A stretch of 64,000 nucleotides of DNA from Candidatus Bathyarchaeota archaeon. Its GTDB lineage: Archaea > Thermoproteota > Bathyarchaeia > 40CM-2-53-6. Position 1 is the stretch's first letter, and each line of letters begins with the position of its first letter. The stretch lies in the NCBI GenBank assembly GCA_963726255.1, contig CAVSBL010000002.1, positions 1,952,001 through 2,016,000 of the forward strand. Reading direction: 5' to 3'. The notes beneath the pieces were generated by a model. That model had not been told where the DNA came from, made no database searches, and saw nothing but the letters and a program-made list of their open reading frames with translations. A program made the position numbers and the translations under genes. This document shows, one piece after another, positions 28,554 to 38,977 of this stretch.

Positions 28554-29877
28554 ACTGAGCCCCCAAATCAAAATCCTTGAGTCGAATTATCCCAATCGCA
28601 AGCTTCCGGAGCATCGTGTTGAACAGTTGCTGAAGAATGCTTTTCCGGTTTTCTTCAACCTTGATTTTTCTGTCTAGAGACATCAACAAGTTAACTATTT
28701 CCTGTTGCTCGGGGATTGGCGGCAATGGAATCTGAAAGGTCCTTAGTCTTGTGGCGCTGATATTTGATTGACCGACTGCCCTGCTTGCGAGACCCTTGAG
28801 TCTTCGTTGGCTATTGGCCCAGTTCAGATAGTAGTTTACAAACTGTGGAAGGACTTGCTTTGGGTCGGTTTGTAGTCTTATCAGATAGGATGCGAAAACG
28901 AGCTCGCCTTCAAGGTCGAAAAACGATGTCTTCCCAACCAAATCAATGCTGTTCGTTCTATTGAACAATAGATCGCCTTTCTTCAACCGAAATCGGCGAA
29001 ATGTTTCCTCATCAAGATCTACATATTGCACATCGTCTAGCACCAAATCTCCATCTTCGAGGTTGTTCATCCGAAGTATAGGATACTGGCCTTCTTTACT
29101 TCCCTTCAAGGATAGACCATATTGAGCGACGGTAAGGACTTCGCTCAGAGTTGTAGGTTTCCATTTCTCAGGTACCGCGCCAATTTCTCCCCCTTCTTTG
29201 TACTTGGTAGGGTAAACGCCGCTAGTCAATAGCTTGTGCATAAGCGATTTCTTCAGATTTCTGATGGCCAGGAGCAATAGATCTTGCTTGTATACTGCCT
29301 GCTGGATCTTGGAAAGGACAAGAGAGATACTTTGTTGCTCATGAAGAGGCGGTTTCGGCAACACAAACGACTGAAGCCTACCCTGCGAGAGGTTAGGTAT
29401 TGTTGTCTTGATCCCTTCACCTGCATAGAGTCCGAGTTGAAGAAAAGCAGTCTGCATCCAGTACATGTAATATTCTGGACAAATGTCATCCCTCCGCTTG
29501 CGCAGACGATGAATGTGGTTCTGATGGGCACAGACTTCTAACTCGCCCCTCCAGATCGCCGTTCGACCAACTTCGCCCCCTTCGCAAACAAGAATGTCAT
29601 TTGGCTCAAGCCGTAATCTCGAAAGTTCCTGAGCAGTAAAATGCATATGATCCAGTGTTGAGAGGTCAATGCGGCCCCAAAGGACGTTCAGCGTGCGAAG
29701 AAAGGGATACTGCGGTTGTCTTGCGCGGCCCGCTGGCGACATAGCTTTTCCTTGTTGAATGTCAAATGCGTCGCCGAGCGCAACAGTTTCCCAATCTTCC
29801 GGTATTGGGCCGACTTCGCTATCCTTTACTCCCTCTGTTCTAGCTGCCAGAACTTCCATGCTCAATGTAACCTCCAT
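28543..29877 (-). CDS. hsdS: Type I specificity subunit
   Basis: IPEDWE, two TRDs, PPLHEQ and PPIPEQQEIV conserved repeats. Confidence 0.95.
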   Translation of the reverse strand: MEVTLSMEVLAARTEGVKDSEVGPIPEDWETVALGDAFDIQQGKAMSPAGRARQPQYPFLRTLNVLWGRIDLSTLDHMHFTAQELSRLRLEPNDILVCEGGEVGRTAIWRGELEVCAHQNHIHRLRKRRDDICPEYYMYWMQTAFLQLGLYAGEGIKTTIPNLSQGRLQSFVLPKPPLHEQQSISLVLSKIQQAVYKQDLLLLAIRNLKKSLMHKLLTSGVYPTKYKEGGEIGAVPEKWKPTTLSEVLTVAQYGLSLKGSKEGQYPILRMNNLEDGDLVLDDVQYVDLDEETFRRFRLKKGDLLFNRTNSIDLVGKTSFFDLEGELVFASYLIRLQTDPKQVLPQFVNYYLNWANSQRRLKGLASRAVGQSNISATRLRTFQIPLPPIPEQQEIVNLLMSLDRKIKVEENRKSILQQLFNTMLRKLAIGIIRLKDFDLGAQYAS

Positions 29878-31408
29878 AATTCATCTTTCGAAGAATCGAA
29901 TCCAACTCAACATCAATCTCCCTTCTCTCTTCTTCGGCTTGAGTGAGCTCGGCGATGGCCTCGTCTATCGGGAGATACTCCTCTTCGCTGTCAACTGCAA
30001 CGTACTTAGCAGGCCCCAGATTGTAATCATTCTTGGTGGCCTGTTCGTTAGTGATGACTTTGCTGATTTTTTCCATGTCTTTCCAATTCGCGAAAACGTC
30101 CAGGATTCTATCGATGCATTTGCCAGTAAGATAGTTCTTAGGTCCTTCCTTGATGAACTCTTTAGAAGCATTGACCAGTAGAATCTGACCCTTGTGTTTC
30201 TTGGCTTTGTTAATGACTACAATGTTTCCTGGAGCGGTCGTGTTATAGAACAGGTTCTCGGGGAGGAGTATGACGGCCTCCAGGAAATCCTTGTCCACGA
30301 ATTCCTTTCTGATTTGCTTCTCCTTGTCAGTTCCGGCTTTTCCACTGCCTCTTGACACTGTTCCCGTATCTATGACTACAACAAGTCTGCCGCCATCTTC
30401 AAGAGAGGCGAACATGTGTTGGATCCACCCCCAGTCTGCAGAGCTCTTGGGTGGCATGCCGAAAAGGAACCTGTTATAGGAGTCGCTCTTGTAGAAATCA
30501 TCATCATAACCAGGTTGCCTCCACATGGGATTTGCAGTAACCTTGTGGAATGTCTTGAGAGCATTTTCGTGCAAGAATTTTGGATTCTTCAGCGTGTCGC
30601 CGACTCTTATCTCTCCCTCCATATCGTGAATGAACATGTTCATCCTTGCCATGGCATATGTTACAGGATTGAGCTCTTGACCGAAGAGACGCAAGGGTAC
30701 CTTCTCGGAACCGTTCCTCTCTTTGAGAACTAGCTGACATTTTATGAGCAGCCCTCCAGACCCGCATGCGGGGTCGTAAATCTCCTCGCCTTCCTTTGGA
30801 TCTGCAAGATGGGCCATCAGCCAGCCCACTTCTTTCGGCGTGTAGAACTCTCCGGCGCTTGAACCGGAACCCTCCGCAAATTTTCTCAAGAGATACTCGT
30901 AGGCCCTACCAAGTATGTCGGGCTCGACATCTTTCAGTCCCAACCTGTGGCGATTCAGGATTTCGATTAAGCTGCTTATTCTTCCGTCATCGAGAATTCT
31001 TTCCCCGCTGATTGTAGCATTGAAGTCTACGACATCGACGACGCCTTGTAGTTTGGGATTCTCCTTTGCGATTAGGCGCAGGGTCTTGCTGAGTTCCTCG
31101 CCGATGTTCTGCGTGAGCTTTCTGATGTCACGCCAAGTACAATTCGGGGGGAGGTAGAATCGTATGAGATTCCTGTCGTTTTCAATCAGTTCTCTAACGG
31201 CATTCTCGTCTCCAAGTTCAGTTTTGAGTCCACTGATTTCGTCCTCAAACACATCCGACAATCTCTTGAAAAACAGCAGCGGCAGAATGTAATCCTTGAA
31301 TTTAGGGGCATCCACCGGTCCCCTGATACTGCAGGCTGCATCCCACAACCACTGCTCCAGTTCTCGCAGGTTTAGCTTACCAACAGCCAGTTTTTCTTGC
31401 ATGCTCAT
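29840..31408 (-). CDS. hsdM: Type I modification methyltransferase
   Basis: LWDAACSIRG, GEFYTP, YDPACGSGG, ANPMW (motif IV), LPENLFYNT. Confidence 0.95.
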   Translation of the reverse strand: MSMQEKLAVGKLNLRELEQWLWDAACSIRGPVDAPKFKDYILPLLFFKRLSDVFEDEISGLKTELGDENAVRELIENDRNLIRFYLPPNCTWRDIRKLTQNIGEELSKTLRLIAKENPKLQGVVDVVDFNATISGERILDDGRISSLIEILNRHRLGLKDVEPDILGRAYEYLLRKFAEGSGSSAGEFYTPKEVGWLMAHLADPKEGEEIYDPACGSGGLLIKCQLVLKERNGSEKVPLRLFGQELNPVTYAMARMNMFIHDMEGEIRVGDTLKNPKFLHENALKTFHKVTANPMWRQPGYDDDFYKSDSYNRFLFGMPPKSSADWGWIQHMFASLEDGGRLVVVIDTGTVSRGSGKAGTDKEKQIRKEFVDKDFLEAVILLPENLFYNTTAPGNIVVINKAKKHKGQILLVNASKEFIKEGPKNYLTGKCIDRILDVFANWKDMEKISKVITNEQATKNDYNLGPAKYVAVDSEEEYLPIDEAIAELTQAEEERREIDVELDSILRKMNYGGYIEHGSSGS

Positions 31409-31601
31409 TGCAACATTCCCTCTTGTTTCAAGACCTTAGAAAATACACTGTTCACAAAATGTCCACAAGACTCTACACGGTTCCTCTTGGCCTCGCAAGT
31501 CATACTTACTATTTTCCCACGATGTCTCAAAAAGCTTGGCGGTACTTCTATTGTTCTAGACGAACGGACGATGATATTGTGCATGCAGAAGCAACGCCGC
31601 C

Positions 31602-33011
31602 TCATTCCAGCGCTGCACTCGCTACAGTGCCAGTTACATCTGTAAGCTTCAGTTCGAAATCCCTGGTAACATCGTCGGCGCCACTGAGTGCATGAGATGC
31701 TTCGTGCAATAGCGTCCCAGCATACTTGTCGAGAGAGCGGAGAGCGCTTCGCTTGACGATAATTCTGCCACTTCCAGCCTCCCATAACCCATCGTCTTCA
31801 ACAAACGACCCTAGCTTCTTCCTCATCGTCTCCGAAACCTTGATCTCCTTGACAATTCTTGGCTTGCCGCCAATGAGTCTGAGAATTTCGTCAGTCTTGT
31901 CAAACACTTTTCTCTCTGATTCCTTCAACTCTCTGGGATTTACAAACTTGAATTGGAAACTTTCGTGGTATTCGGTCACGAACTGGCCCAGGTCTCTAAT
32001 CGGATTTCCAGCGACATCCACCGAGCCGTGTATCCGTTCCCTGAGGTTTTCCGGTATGGTAACTATCTTGTAATGTGCGGCCCTTGCTTCGTCGACCATC
32101 ATGGTTTCGGTAATCATCTGATTTGGGGTGAGGAATACAACCTTCTCCAGCGAATTGAGGATTTTGACCGCATGCTCCTGAACGTCCATCCATTTTAATT
32201 CGTCATGCGTAGTTCCAGCGTCGAAGTTCTTCAGGTCGTCTGTTAATGCCTGCGCGACTTCCTTGCCGCTGCATGACAATAGGATGGCTCTTATCCGTTC
32301 AGAATAGGCGCTTCTTCCAACATTGGACCGCTCCCTGTTCAGAGCCCTCTTGATTGCTTCTGTGATTGAGATTATGTTGTAACTGAAAAGAAAATTCTCT
32401 TCTTCAGCGACCTTCACTCCGTTGATGTAGATTCTTCCATTCTTTCCTTTCTTCCTGAGGACGTCGCCGTATTTCGCTCCTTCAATCGAAGCTTCTCCTG
32501 AAAACTTCAAGAACAGGTCTTTCGCCTTCTCGACATCTTCGCGGGTCACCCCATGGAAAATGAATTCCGTGCCGGTGAATTTCGGGTCGGATGGTGGCGA
32601 TATGTATGCATGAAGCGTCTTTACGTCCTCGAAGCCATGCTTCTGCACTCTGCCTAGCGTGATATCTCCGTGCTTGGATCTGATGAAGACCTTCACGTCG
32701 TGCCTGTCGAAAGTTGCGAGAGCATCTTTGAGTCCTATTCCGAATTTGCCAATCATGTTCGGGTTTGACAATTTCTCTGCGTTTTCATTTTGAGTCAGAT
32801 GGTCGTGCCGAAGCCCTCGTCCATAATCTCTGATGTGCCAGTTGCCTGACGAATCTTCCGTTATCTCTATGTCTTTCGTGTTAGTGAGTAATTGCTCGTC
32901 CAATGCGTTTGCAATCACTTCCCGCAGTCCATGATGGACTTCCCAATCTTCCAGAATCTTCTCTATGTTAAGGTCAAACGGCTTCGCGTCCGCAGCGCTC
33001 ATTGTCGACAT
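31602..33011 (-). CDS. GHKL (HATPase/MORC/Hsp90-like) ATPase with C-terminal HEXXH motif
   Basis: REVIANALD, IRDYGRG, IGKFGIGLK, GTEF; C-terminal LLHEASH; ATG 1 bp after the rad50 stop. Confidence 0.8.
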   Translation of the reverse strand: MSTMSAADAKPFDLNIEKILEDWEVHHGLREVIANALDEQLLTNTKDIEITEDSSGNWHIRDYGRGLRHDHLTQNENAEKLSNPNMIGKFGIGLKDALATFDRHDVKVFIRSKHGDITLGRVQKHGFEDVKTLHAYISPPSDPKFTGTEFIFHGVTREDVEKAKDLFLKFSGEASIEGAKYGDVLRKKGKNGRIYINGVKVAEEENFLFSYNIISITEAIKRALNRERSNVGRSAYSERIRAILLSCSGKEVAQALTDDLKNFDAGTTHDELKWMDVQEHAVKILNSLEKVVFLTPNQMITETMMVDEARAAHYKIVTIPENLRERIHGSVDVAGNPIRDLGQFVTEYHESFQFKFVNPRELKESERKVFDKTDEILRLIGGKPRIVKEIKVSETMRKKLGSFVEDDGLWEAGSGRIIVKRSALRSLDKYAGTLLHEASHALSGADDVTRDFELKLTDVTGTVASAALE

Positions 33012-33012
33012 C

Positions 33013-35046
33013 TCATGATCCAGCTCCTGATTGGATTTTGGATTTACCATTTGCCTTGTCGACTCTGATGATTTGGTCGGCAAAGCTTTCGAGTTCTGTT
33101 TCATGGGAGACAAGTACGACTTGCGGACACTGCAGCTCGTGAAGGATATCACGAATTTTGTACAGCTGCTCCTTGCTGAAACCATCAGTCGGTTCGTCCA
33201 ATATGAGAAGGTTCGACTTCATGCCGATTGAGACTTGCTGCACGACACTATTGAGAGCAAGTCTGTAGGCAAGCGCGGCGCTCGTCTTCTCTCCACCGCT
33301 TAGGAAGTCTACATCCTGGTCATAGCCGTCCTGCGTAACGGTCGGCGTGAAATCTTCGTCTATTCCAACATCTTTCGTTGGGTCCTCTACAAGAAGGTTG
33401 AACCACTTCTGGAACTGGCTGCTGAACCCTTGATTGATTGCAACAAGCACCTGCCTTTCGATAAGCGCCAAGGTATTGACGAAATAGTCGTTCAACCAGA
33501 CGTGGAAATCCTTGAGCCTCATCGCAGCGTTCTTCGCGTCATCCATCTTCTTGATAGCCTTGTTCAAATCATCAATTTCATTCGCCAGGTCGGTGATTCT
33601 CTGCCTGAATGAGGAGAGATTGTTTCGGGTTTCCTTCAGCGATTCCTCTTTCCCAACGATTGACTTGTCCAGTTCATCGATCTTTATTTGGACGTCCTTG
33701 AGACTTTCTGCTTCCTTCTTCTTTCCTCCGAGTTCTTTGCCGAGCTCATCCGTCTTTTCTTTCAGCTTGGAGATCTGCGGCCCATTAGTGCCCAGAGTAT
33801 GTTTGTATTCTTTTGCTCGCTCGCTGAGTTGATTCAACGTTTCCTGATTGGCGTCAAACTTCTCCAGAACTTTGAGCAATCCACGCGCTCTTTTCGTTTC
33901 GTCCTCACAGTCCTTGAGGGCTTTGCTGGCCTTGCGCAGTTCCTCCTGCTTCTTCTTCACAAGCGCGTGAAAGTCCTTCCCTGTTGCGGGTCTGTCGCAG
34001 GTCGGACATTTCTTGTCCTTCTCTATCTTTTCATAGTCTTCGAGTTTGTCGCTTATCCTGTTCTCGGCTTTTCCGAGCTTCTTCTCCTGTGTTTGGAGGT
34101 CCTCGATTCTCTTTTCGAGTTGGTCGGTCGTCTGTGTAGTTGGGCGTTTTTCCTTCTCAAGCGGTTCCATCTTCTTTTGGAGTTCCGCGAGTTTTGTCTT
34201 GGCTTCGTCAGAGGCGTCGGTGAGGGTTTTGACGTCGAAGGTTTTGTCATCAATTTGCTTCTGAATTTGCGGCATCTCAGCCTGAAGCTTGTTGAGCTTG
34301 ATCTTATCGTCCTGCAGTCTACCTAAATCCTTACCCAGTCGATCAATGTCGCCTTGCAATCCAGTTTCTGTCTTTTCGAATTCGCCAACCTTCTTCGTCT
34401 TCTCGGTCTTCTCTGCGTCTCTGTCACCCAGTGTCTTCTTCTTGTCTTCGAGTCCCTTGGCTTCCGTGTCTAGCTGCGTTATTTTGTGTTCAATTCTAAG
34501 GTCCAACTTGCCCGCATTGTCCTGAGCAGTCTTGTATTCTTCAAGTCTGAACGCTTTCCTCAGGGTCTGAAGTCTCATGTCGGGCTTGTAGGATAAGATA
34601 GCCTTCATTTCCTCCTGGGGGGTAAAAACTGCGTATCTGTAAATCCAGCTCTGTGCCTTCGGGTCTTCCGGCTCATTGAAGTGGAGAATTTCGAGAATCC
34701 TTTGCTTCAGCTCAGAAGCTTCTAGGCTCAGCTTGCCGCTCGGCTCGATGATATGTCCGGAGCCCTGATGGATTGACTTTGACTTGCGTTCGAGGGTCCT
34801 GTGGACCGTGTAGTTCTGGCCATTTACTTCGAAAGTCAGCGTGACGTTACCTTCCTTTTGGCCAAGCCTGAGCAATGAGCCTCCCTTCAGAGATCCCAGA
34901 CCGAAGAGAGCGAACTCAATAGCCATGAGCACGGTCGATTTGCCCGAGCCGCTGGCGCCTTCAAAGAGGATGGTCCCTTGCGGGAAATCCAGTTTGAGCT
35001 TGTCATAGCTGCGGATGTTTTCGAGTTCAAGGCTCTTGAGCATCAT
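33013..35046 (-). CDS. rad50: Rad50/SbcC ATPase (short, 677 aa)
   Basis: NIRSY, GASGSGKST, Q-loop FTPQEE, zinc hook CPTC, LSGGE, LILDEPT, VSH. Confidence 0.93.
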   Translation of the reverse strand: MMLKSLELENIRSYDKLKLDFPQGTILFEGASGSGKSTVLMAIEFALFGLGSLKGGSLLRLGQKEGNVTLTFEVNGQNYTVHRTLERKSKSIHQGSGHIIEPSGKLSLEASELKQRILEILHFNEPEDPKAQSWIYRYAVFTPQEEMKAILSYKPDMRLQTLRKAFRLEEYKTAQDNAGKLDLRIEHKITQLDTEAKGLEDKKKTLGDRDAEKTEKTKKVGEFEKTETGLQGDIDRLGKDLGRLQDDKIKLNKLQAEMPQIQKQIDDKTFDVKTLTDASDEAKTKLAELQKKMEPLEKEKRPTTQTTDQLEKRIEDLQTQEKKLGKAENRISDKLEDYEKIEKDKKCPTCDRPATGKDFHALVKKKQEELRKASKALKDCEDETKRARGLLKVLEKFDANQETLNQLSERAKEYKHTLGTNGPQISKLKEKTDELGKELGGKKKEAESLKDVQIKIDELDKSIVGKEESLKETRNNLSSFRQRITDLANEIDDLNKAIKKMDDAKNAAMRLKDFHVWLNDYFVNTLALIERQVLVAINQGFSSQFQKWFNLLVEDPTKDVGIDEDFTPTVTQDGYDQDVDFLSGGEKTSAALAYRLALNSVVQQVSIGMKSNLLILDEPTDGFSKEQLYKIRDILHELQCPQVVLVSHETELESFADQIIRVDKANGKSKIQSGAGS

Positions 35047-36302
35047 GGCGAGAGCACCTCCCCGAGTCCGAGTGTTTCGATTGCCTGCTCTTTCATATGC
35101 TCATCGTAGCTTTGCTTCGACTCCCCAGCCTTTGCCGCTCTTCGGAGGACTTTCAGCAAAGTGATGGCAAGCTTGGCCCCATCTTCCTCCTTGAGAGAAT
35201 TCTCCGAGACCTTGACAGTGCCGATGTTTTCCTGCAGCAGCCTGCTCTCGATTGTCTCGACGTCTTCTCCGGCAGCTTTGATTGCGGCAAACTCCTTCGA
35301 TGTCAGGCCATGCCTGTTTACGTACGCCGAGATTGCGCCTCGTTCCAGGAGGTTTTGTCTTAGCCTTGCAAAATTGATATCAGACGTCTTTCCGCCAGAG
35401 AGCTCGCCTCTCACTCGGAGCATCATGACTTTATTCTTGACATCGAGCGAGTCCAAGCTTTCCTCCAGCCAAGCTTCTGACTCATGCGCGTTTCTGTCCT
35501 CTACGTCAAAATCCTTGAAAACAAAGTCGCAGACCTGGATGGGTACGAACCGGACAGAATCGATTGTGCTGCCGAAAGAGACTATGTAGAAGCCACGTTT
35601 TGCGCCTTTGCCGCTCGCCTCATGGTCGCGAGTCTGGCTTCCAAAGAGGGCTCCTGGAAAAACCACATGATTGTAGCCTGGCAGATTCTTCTCAAGTCTT
35701 TCATGTATGTGACCGCCGGCATAGTAGTCGAATCCCTTGGGTAGCAGAGAGATCGGAATAGACTCCATGTCCGACAGATACTCGGGCTTTAACTCGTCTA
35801 AGCCTGCGTGAAATGCGAAAATCCTGAAGCCTTTTTCGGCCTCCAGACTCGCACGATCGAGCATCTCATAGTATTCGCGGTCGAGTCCGCCTTTTCTCCC
35901 AGAGATACCCACTAGCTTTGCTCCGGTCTTGGGATCAACAAAAAAATGAAGTCTGAGCTTCTCTTCTTCTATGTCGCCGCTTACTATCCTCTTGATGAGA
36001 CCGGCGCTCTCAATGATGTCGACAACAGACTTGCCATTCGGAGTAAAGTCATGGCTCCCGTAGATCACATAAACGGGAATGCCGCGGTCGGCGATTTGTT
36101 TCAGCTTACGAATTGCATCGTCGACAACTCCGAGGTCTGGAATGCTGACGTGAAACAAGTCCCCGCAAATCAGGATAAAGTCTACGTTCTCTTTGAAGCA
36201 TTCGTCAACTGCTTGCTCGAAAGCTCGCATCTCAAACTTCGATAGCACCGGGTCCGAGTTCGCTCCCAAGTGAATATCTGCGATGTGTGCAAATTTCGCC
36301 AT
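35043..36302 (-). CDS. mre11: Mre11/SbcD nuclease
   Basis: ADIHLG, CGDLFH, GSHD, FH, YYAGGHIH, FPG motifs. Confidence 0.93.
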   Translation of the reverse strand: MAKFAHIADIHLGANSDPVLSKFEMRAFEQAVDECFKENVDFILICGDLFHVSIPDLGVVDDAIRKLKQIADRGIPVYVIYGSHDFTPNGKSVVDIIESAGLIKRIVSGDIEEEKLRLHFFVDPKTGAKLVGISGRKGGLDREYYEMLDRASLEAEKGFRIFAFHAGLDELKPEYLSDMESIPISLLPKGFDYYAGGHIHERLEKNLPGYNHVVFPGALFGSQTRDHEASGKGAKRGFYIVSFGSTIDSVRFVPIQVCDFVFKDFDVEDRNAHESEAWLEESLDSLDVKNKVMMLRVRGELSGGKTSDINFARLRQNLLERGAISAYVNRHGLTSKEFAAIKAAGEDVETIESRLLQENIGTVKVSENSLKEEDGAKLAITLLKVLRRAAKAGESKQSYDEHMKEQAIETLGLGEVLSP

Positions 36303-36308
36303 CTGGAA

Positions 36309-37847
36309 TCACCTTGTGAATTGAACCTTCTGCTTCTTCCCTTGCTCAGTGTGCTGGCTGGCCACGTAGTCCTCAAACTTCGGAATCTGAATGGGGACGG
36401 CGAACTTCGCGAACACGCTACTGAGGATCGCTTCGCCCTTGTCCAAGCTTGCTATGTTCCTGTCGTCCTGCGAAAGGTCTTGTGAAGCGCTGTCAATGAT
36501 TGAATGCCGCTCTGCAGACATCTCATTGCCCAGAATGATCTTCGTGTTGAGATTGGTCAAGATGTCCCTGGGTATCGCACTAGTGATTTGCGTTACCGCA
36601 ATCAGGCCTATCTTGAATTTTCTTCCCTCGCGCGCTATGGTGCTGTATACATTGTCGCCGGCTTTCTCCAGCCTGTCCTGACCGAGAACCCTGGGCGCTT
36701 CTTCTATGGCTATGCTCACAACTGGCTTGTCATCGAGACTTCCCTCCGCCTTGTAGCTTTGGTATCTGTCTAGAATTTCGTTGGCGATAATGCTCCCAAC
36801 GAGTAGTTCGGCTTCATCACCGATCTTTGAAGTGTCAACGACAACTATCTTTCCCTTCTCAAGGGCGTTCACAATATCGGATATTGTCGACTCTCCAGCG
36901 CTGTCTGAAAAGATCCTGTTCGAGCAGATGAGATTTCCATCGGAGTCTACCCGAATGCCGAACTTGGTCCTGAAGATTCTTTGGAGTACCGTTTTTGTTG
37001 TATCCTTCACCCCGTTGACGTCCGTTCCTCGTACTATGTTGTCGATCCAGTCTTGTCGGAACTCTTGGAAGTAGGCTGTGAAGGCTTGTTCCTGTGCATC
37101 TGTCAATCTCACAATGCCGTTGAGATGGTCGGGCGTGATAGAACGGAGATTTATGACAAGGGTGTTTGTACCTGCAGGAGCATTCACTGAATAATAGAGC
37201 AGGTTCCCTTTCGCATCATTGTGGTCTTTCAGGCCGATGGAACTTCTACCGTAATACTCGTCGTGCGGATCGAGTACGAGAATCCCAAATTTCTTCTGCC
37301 CTAGAACGCTCCAAAGCATGACTTTGACTAGATTGCTTTTTCCACGGCCGGTCGTCGACGGGATGAGTACGTGGTGTCGGAGCGCTTCCTCTCCGTCAAG
37401 ATACACATCAGCATCGATTATCTTGCTTCCGCTTCTGACCTTTCCAAGGTACAGAGGATTTGCAGGGCGGGTAAGGAACTTGAGGTCATCTGCGTTGACA
37501 GACCTCACTGTACCAAAGAACTCGGGGAGAATCTTCGGCGAATGAGGAGTTTCCTTGATATCAAGGACGGCCTTGCATTCGGCCAAGATGTAGTTGCGCA
37601 ATCCTGGCTCAAGGAACTCAAGGCTTGCACCGAGTCCCTCAAGCTTCATGCCAGCAAGGTGTTCCCTTGTGGACTGTGGAATCTGACTGCCGTAGAGCAG
37701 ATTATAGACTTGAAGAATAAGAAAACCTTCACTCGTCTCAGCGACGAGGAGGTCACCCAGTTCGATTTTTGTGCCGCTCTTCTCACGAATAATGACCTGA
37801 GCGACTTGCCCGCCGACAATCTGGCCACAAATATCTGTATCTTCCAT
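36309..37847 (-). CDS. herA: HerA helicase/translocase
   Basis: HAS barrel; [37 protein letters not shown]. Confidence 0.93.
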   Translation of the reverse strand: MEDTDICGQIVGGQVAQVIIREKSGTKIELGDLLVAETSEGFLILQVYNLLYGSQIPQSTREHLAGMKLEGLGASLEFLEPGLRNYILAECKAVLDIKETPHSPKILPEFFGTVRSVNADDLKFLTRPANPLYLGKVRSGSKIIDADVYLDGEEALRHHVLIPSTTGRGKSNLVKVMLWSVLGQKKFGILVLDPHDEYYGRSSIGLKDHNDAKGNLLYYSVNAPAGTNTLVINLRSITPDHLNGIVRLTDAQEQAFTAYFQEFRQDWIDNIVRGTDVNGVKDTTKTVLQRIFRTKFGIRVDSDGNLICSNRIFSDSAGESTISDIVNALEKGKIVVVDTSKIGDEAELLVGSIIANEILDRYQSYKAEGSLDDKPVVSIAIEEAPRVLGQDRLEKAGDNVYSTIAREGRKFKIGLIAVTQITSAIPRDILTNLNTKIILGNEMSAERHSIIDSASQDLSQDDRNIASLDKGEAILSSVFAKFAVPIQIPKFEDYVASQHTEQGKKQKVQFTR

Positions 37848-37850
37848 TTC

Positions 37851-38966
37851 TTACCACTCCTTCAAATTATCAAGAACGTCATGAGCATCGAGCGATTCAA
37901 TGTGACGGGAGAATTTTGGCCACGAGCCATTCTTGGAAATCTCGGAAAGCAGCATCACACGATGCAGCTCTACATCCGAACCGATGACCTTTGCATTTGC
38001 ATCCGCATCAACGAGCCCGTACGGATAGCCTGGAAAAGCTATGTCACAAGAGTTTTCGGACAGCCCTGAAAAGATCTCACATAATTGCTCTTCAGTGAGT
38101 TTTCCTGCCTGATTGGCCTGAATCTCGTATCTGAAGATGCGCATGCTTTCCGGCCTGAGCCTAAGCAGGAAGATCGCAGCCTCATGTTCAGGGCTCTTCG
38201 ACTTGGCAATCGGATAGTAGTACCAAGGCGGCTCGACGCTCTTGTCTTCCGCGAGCTTCCTGACAGCTCCTAGCAAAGACAGACCTGTGGTGGTGAACAA
38301 ATTGCTGGTTTTGGCCAGACCAGTGTAGAGCACGCCTCTCTTTCTCGCTGCGGAATATCCCTCCCTCGCGTAGTTGTCCTCATTCTTGAAAGCGGTCCTA
38401 AGCGTACCATCCATTACGATAATGTCGCCATCAGATAGTACATTCTCGACTACGCTGGTCGCTAGCCTCCATTCCGCGAATCTCCGTGCGATGGTCGCAA
38501 CTCTTCTGATATCAGCTCTTGATGTGCCCTGCATTAATCGCTGGTCGAACGAGCTAAAAGAAAGGTCCGCTTGGTCGGGCAGAAACGCCTCATTGCCTTC
38601 AACAAGCGGGAACAACGATGTCTCGAAGACTATCTCATTACCTTCGAAACGAGCCACGGTTGCAGAAACGAACTCGACCTTCTGAGGTATGCTTGCCTCG
38701 TGATTCACCCGCTTAGGTCCGCAGAAGACATTGAAGTACAGCCTATTGAACTGGACCGAGAAGTTGGGTGCCTGCAGCAGCGGCTGATTACCGCCGTCCA
38801 CGAAGGCAATCCTCCGTGCTGAATGTGAGTGCTTGAGAGGATGAAAATTCGACAAACCAAGAGGAACGGTGTCGTAGTTGTGGCTGCTTAGGTCGGGGTT
38901 TCCGAGATCCATCTCGCTAACTCGTGCGTCAAGATCTTGTGCAACCCTTTCGGCAAATTGGCTCAT
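37851..38966 (-). CDS. nurA: NurA 5'-3' nuclease
   Basis: AFVDGG, RRFAEW, VMDGTL, GLAKTS, PGYPYGLVDADANA. Confidence 0.9.
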   Translation of the reverse strand: MSQFAERVAQDLDARVSEMDLGNPDLSSHNYDTVPLGLSNFHPLKHSHSARRIAFVDGGNQPLLQAPNFSVQFNRLYFNVFCGPKRVNHEASIPQKVEFVSATVARFEGNEIVFETSLFPLVEGNEAFLPDQADLSFSSFDQRLMQGTSRADIRRVATIARRFAEWRLATSVVENVLSDGDIIVMDGTLRTAFKNEDNYAREGYSAARKRGVLYTGLAKTSNLFTTTGLSLLGAVRKLAEDKSVEPPWYYYPIAKSKSPEHEAAIFLLRLRPESMRIFRYEIQANQAGKLTEEQLCEIFSGLSENSCDIAFPGYPYGLVDADANAKVIGSDVELHRVMLLSEISKNGSWPKFSRHIESLDAHDVLDNLKEW

Positions 38967-38977
38967 ACCATTCTCAC

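Noticed and set aside
33012-33185. N-terminal extensions of ORF-track calls (GHKL 33185, YgjP 25803, DAO 54326, Nmad2-like 49424, Ago partner 42048)
   Set aside because: They overlap upstream genes extensively; downstream starts coupled to stop codons fit better
33512-38069. Long + strand ORFs (e.g. 33688..34326, 37371..38069)
   Set aside because: Antisense shadows of rad50/mre11/herA with no motifs
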